From positions 618,220-682,219 of the forward strand of contig CAWEZO010000011.1 in NCBI GenBank assembly GCA_963813635.1: DNA of 64,000 bases, read 5' to 3'. How positions within the stretch are numbered: position 1 is the first letter of the stretch; each line of letters opens with the position of its first letter. Shown piece by piece: positions 61,067-64,000 of this stretch. The translations under genes and the position numbers were made by a program. This DNA is from an uncultured Actinomycetes bacterium. Lineage in GTDB: Bacteria > Actinomycetota > Acidimicrobiia > IMCC26256 > JBBRZM01. A model generated the notes under the pieces. That model had not been told where the DNA came from. It saw only the letters and a program-made list of their open reading frames with translations, and did not search any database.

Positions 61067-63058
61067 TTGGTGAACCCATACCTGGCCGCGCTCATCAGCC
61101 TGGTTGCGTTTGTCGTGCTGCCCGGCATAGCGGTCGCGGCGATCCTCACCAGGCGCGTGCAGGCCGACGACCGGACTCCGGAACGCTTCGCGGCGTGCGC
61201 GCTCGCGGCGGGCATGTCGGTGTGGATATTCGGCGGGCGGCTGCTCGTCCGATTCGGTGTGCTCTCGCGCGGGCCGGTGTGGGTTGCGGTCGCGTTGTTG
61301 ACCGTCGGAAGCGTCGTCGCGCTGGTCGGTCCCGGCCGGACGGGCATCGCGGCGTTGTGGTCGCGCACGGGAGCGATGTTCGCCGCGTGGGCCGGCGGGA
61401 GCACGATCGTCGGTGCCACACCGCTGCTGCGCCTGCTCGCGAGTCGAACAGACTCCTTCATCAATCCCACGCCGTGGTACTACTGGGACCTCGTTCGACA
61501 AACGGTCGTGGCGCACGGTGACCCGGCGCACTCGTTCGAGTGGGGCACGCGCGTTGCCTTCCTCAACGACTATCCCGGGTTTACCGCCGGCACCGGCGTG
61601 CTCGCGGTCTTGCGCGGCACGTCCACGCTTGCGGCCGCGCATCTCGTGCAGGCGATCGCGATCCTGGCCGGTGGCTTCGCGATGTTTCTGCTCGTACGCG
61701 CCTTCGGCGGGTCGCGGCCGGGAGCTGCGCTCGGAACGGTCCTCTTCTTCACGCTCGACATCGTCGGCACCAAGCTGTCCTCGTTTCGGCCGGAGGCACT
61801 GGGCTATGCCCTGGTGCTGTTGCTGCCGGTGCTCGCGCTCGAGTGGCTACGAGAACGTCACACGGGCGCGCTCGTCCTGACAGCCGTGACGTTTGTCGCG
61901 CTGAGTCAGACCCACGCGATCGACGCGATGTTCGGGGCCGCGCTGCTCGCAGGCACGGTGGTGGCGACGATGCGGTTTGGATCAGACGCTCGGCGTTGGC
62001 TGGTCGGGGCCGGCGTGCTCACCGCGGTCGTCGTGCTGTGCTGGACCGTGGGCAACGTGAGCCTCGGCGGCAACTTGTCGGGCGCAGCCGAGGCCGGTGG
62101 GATCCCCTCCGTCCGACACGGCGTGGATCCCACGTGGCAGTTCTTCCACAACGTGCAGGCTCCTACGCCGGCCACCCCACCCACCGTCAAGGCGATCGCC
62201 GACGGCTCGTTGCATCGCGGCTTCGTCGGCCTCTCCTCGGTCTGGCTCGCCGCGCTCGCGGCCGTGATCGTGTTGGCGCTCGTGCTACGAGCCTTCATTG
62301 CGCGCCGGCCCGAAGATCGTTCGTCGGCGCGCGAGGTCTTGGCATTGCTCGCGGTGACGACGGTCGCCGTCGTTGCGATCTGTCTTGTGTTCGCGCTGAA
62401 TTGGCAGACGTTCGTGCCGCGGCGCACCGGTTTCGGACGCCTGCTGCAGATGCTGCCGATCGTCCTCCCGGTCGGGGCGGGCGTAGCGGTTGGTGGGGCA
62501 GTCGTCGCAACCGAGAGCGCGGCGGGGCGCCGCCTCGCTGCGATCGTCCCCGCGATCGCGATGATCGTCGCCCTCGTCGTGCTCGGGCACGGCCTTGCCG
62601 ACACCGACGCGCTGAAGACCCAACAGCCAACTCGCGACACGCTCGGCTCGCTGCGCGACCTCAGGCTGCCGCGCGACGCAGAAGTGCTCACGAACTCGTA
62701 TTCGGAGGGCATCGTGCCCGTGACTGCCGGGGCTCGCGGGGTGCTCGACGGTCGAGCGCCGTACACCGACCGGAAGCTGTTGACCCGAGCGAACGCGTTG
62801 CTCGCCGCGTCGAGGAGATTCTTCATTGAGCCGGGCGCGCCGTTCCCGTGCCGTGGCATCACACACGTGCTCGTCGCGACCGATGCGAAGTGGCGGCTCG
62901 CGACGCCGTCGTTGTTCCCGACCGACTACGCCGCGCTCGACCGGCGTCCGGATCTCGCGCTCGAGTCGACCGGCCCCGGTTTCCGCTTGTACCGGGTCGT
63001 TCGAGGGGGAGATGGTGCTTCGTCGGTGCGGCAGCCGACGCTTCGCTGCCACTCTTAG
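61067..63058 (+). CDS. Large polytopic membrane protein, possible GT-C
   Basis: More than 12 TM segments; loop motifs NDYPGF, FRPE, QTH; soluble C-terminal domain. Confidence 0.6.
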   Translation: MVNPYLAALISLVAFVVLPGIAVAAILTRRVQADDRTPERFAACALAAGMSVWIFGGRLLVRFGVLSRGPVWVAVALLTVGSVVALVGPGRTGIAALWSRTGAMFAAWAGGSTIVGATPLLRLLASRTDSFINPTPWYYWDLVRQTVVAHGDPAHSFEWGTRVAFLNDYPGFTAGTGVLAVLRGTSTLAAAHLVQAIAILAGGFAMFLLVRAFGGSRPGAALGTVLFFTLDIVGTKLSSFRPEALGYALVLLLPVLALEWLRERHTGALVLTAVTFVALSQTHAIDAMFGAALLAGTVVATMRFGSDARRWLVGAGVLTAVVVLCWTVGNVSLGGNLSGAAEAGGIPSVRHGVDPTWQFFHNVQAPTPATPPTVKAIADGSLHRGFVGLSSVWLAALAAVIVLALVLRAFIARRPEDRSSAREVLALLAVTTVAVVAICLVFALNWQTFVPRRTGFGRLLQMLPIVLPVGAGVAVGGAVVATESAAGRRLAAIVPAIAMIVALVVLGHGLADTDALKTQQPTRDTLGSLRDLRLPRDAEVLTNSYSEGIVPVTAGARGVLDGRAPYTDRKLLTRANALLAASRRFFIEPGAPFPCRGITHVLVATDAKWRLATPSLFPTDYAALDRRPDLALESTGPGFRLYRVVRGGDGASSVRQPTLRCHS

Positions 63059-63088
63059 CCCGGGACTCAAGTAGGGCGAGCGACTGTG

Positions 63089-64000
63089 CTAGCTGGGCGG
63101 CATGACGAGTGTTGTGACGTCGGGCCCCGTGGGGAGCGTCCGGCCGAGACGCGCGAGCTCTTGGCTGCTGCCCGCGATCACCATTGGGCGCCGCACCACG
63201 AAACGATGACTCCGCAGCAGGCGGGTAACGGCCGCCACCGTCACAATCGTCGGGATCTCACGGACGCGAGCGTCCTTGACGGAGTAGACGCCGGCCCAGG
63301 CACCCCTGAAAGTCGGGTTGAAGATCCGGCCGGCACCGATGCGGAGCTTGGCGCCGTCGAGTTGCAGCCAGTGCCCGAGCGGGGCGAAGTCGAGTTGATC
63401 GCGTCCGGTGAGCACCAGCCAGTCGGCACGCCGGAGCCGGTGCGCGAGCAGATCGACGGGCACCGACCGGTACGCGCCGCCGAACCAGTCGACCAGCACG
63501 GAATCGTCGAGCTTGGGCGGCGAGCTCGACGTCCTGAGCGGCACTGCAACGACGGTGGCGGTGCCATGTAGGCGCGCGATCAGCTGATACTGAAGCCGGA
63601 AGGTTGACGCGATCACCTCATCGTGTCCGTGAAGGCGTGGGCGAAGCCACGTTGCGATGTTGGGGTCGAGCTCGCTCACCGAGCGGGTGACCGCGGTGGC
63701 GCCCTGTGTGTCGAGCACGGGCACCAGCGCGAGCGCGCATCCGAGAACAGCGAGACCGGCGAGGAGCGCCGTAGCGGCCCATCTCGACCCGCGTGCACGA
63801 ACGGCGCGGGCCACCGGCCGGAGGACTTCGGCAACGGCAACGCCGAGCGCGATGCACGAGAGCAGCACGATGGGGGCGAACTGACGGATCGCGAACCCCT
63901 TGATCCACGCGATCGCGGTTGCCGGCAACAGAGCGAGGAATGCGATCACCAGCAGCCGGACGTGTGGATCGCGCCGGCGCGTCACCGCGACGACGACCCA
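63089..64000 (-). CDS. Membrane protein, C-terminal part (runs off the window), possible GT-C
   Basis: Hydrophobic helices with IRQFAP, then a soluble tail; frame is open to the window edge. Confidence 0.55.
   Translation of the reverse strand, partial: WVVVAVTRRRDPHVRLLVIAFLALLPATAIAWIKGFAIRQFAPIVLLSCIALGVAVAEVLRPVARAVRARGSRWAATALLAGLAVLGCALALVPVLDTQGATAVTRSVSELDPNIATWLRPRLHGHDEVIASTFRLQYQLIARLHGTATVVAVPLRTSSSPPKLDDSVLVDWFGGAYRSVPVDLLAHRLRRADWLVLTGRDQLDFAPLGHWLQLDGAKLRIGAGRIFNPTFRGAWAGVYSVKDARVREIPTIVTVAAVTRLLRSHRFVVRRPMVIAGSSQELARLGRTLPTGPDVTTLVMPPS

Overview
High-GC actinobacterial DNA; gene content and style suggest class Acidimicrobiia (inference). Most of the window encodes cell-envelope glycan synthesis, in four blocks. 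(1) A GDP-heptose-type pathway (hddA, hddC, gmhA, gmhB, transaldolase) with a membrane GT2, a PIG-V-like GT-C and two methyltransferases. (2) A Wzm/Wzt polysaccharide locus with five GT4-type genes, an Rmd-like reductase and a coiled-coil chain-terminating methyltransferase. Three proteins in this locus end in the same ~42-aa Trp-rich repeat (GGYVLDGWGGxHxFG..YWxGWDIAR). (3) A decaprenyl-phospho-arabinose cassette (ubiA-dprE1-dprE2-HAD) followed by a GT-C-like gene with a close paralog nearby. (4) sqdB with a PMT-like GT-C, an epimerase, a DUF2304-GT2 fusion and a flippase-like gene. Housekeeping genes are interspersed: lpdA, E2, a lipB-lipA fusion, metH, pduO, pepA, an M24 peptidase and two cupredoxin lipoproteins. 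About 18 genes, including lpdA and metH, carry frameshifts that look like long-read indel errors, so gene ends and apparent fusions need read-level checking. No rRNA, tRNA, CRISPR array or transposase was seen. All family calls come from motif recognition by eye, not database searches.
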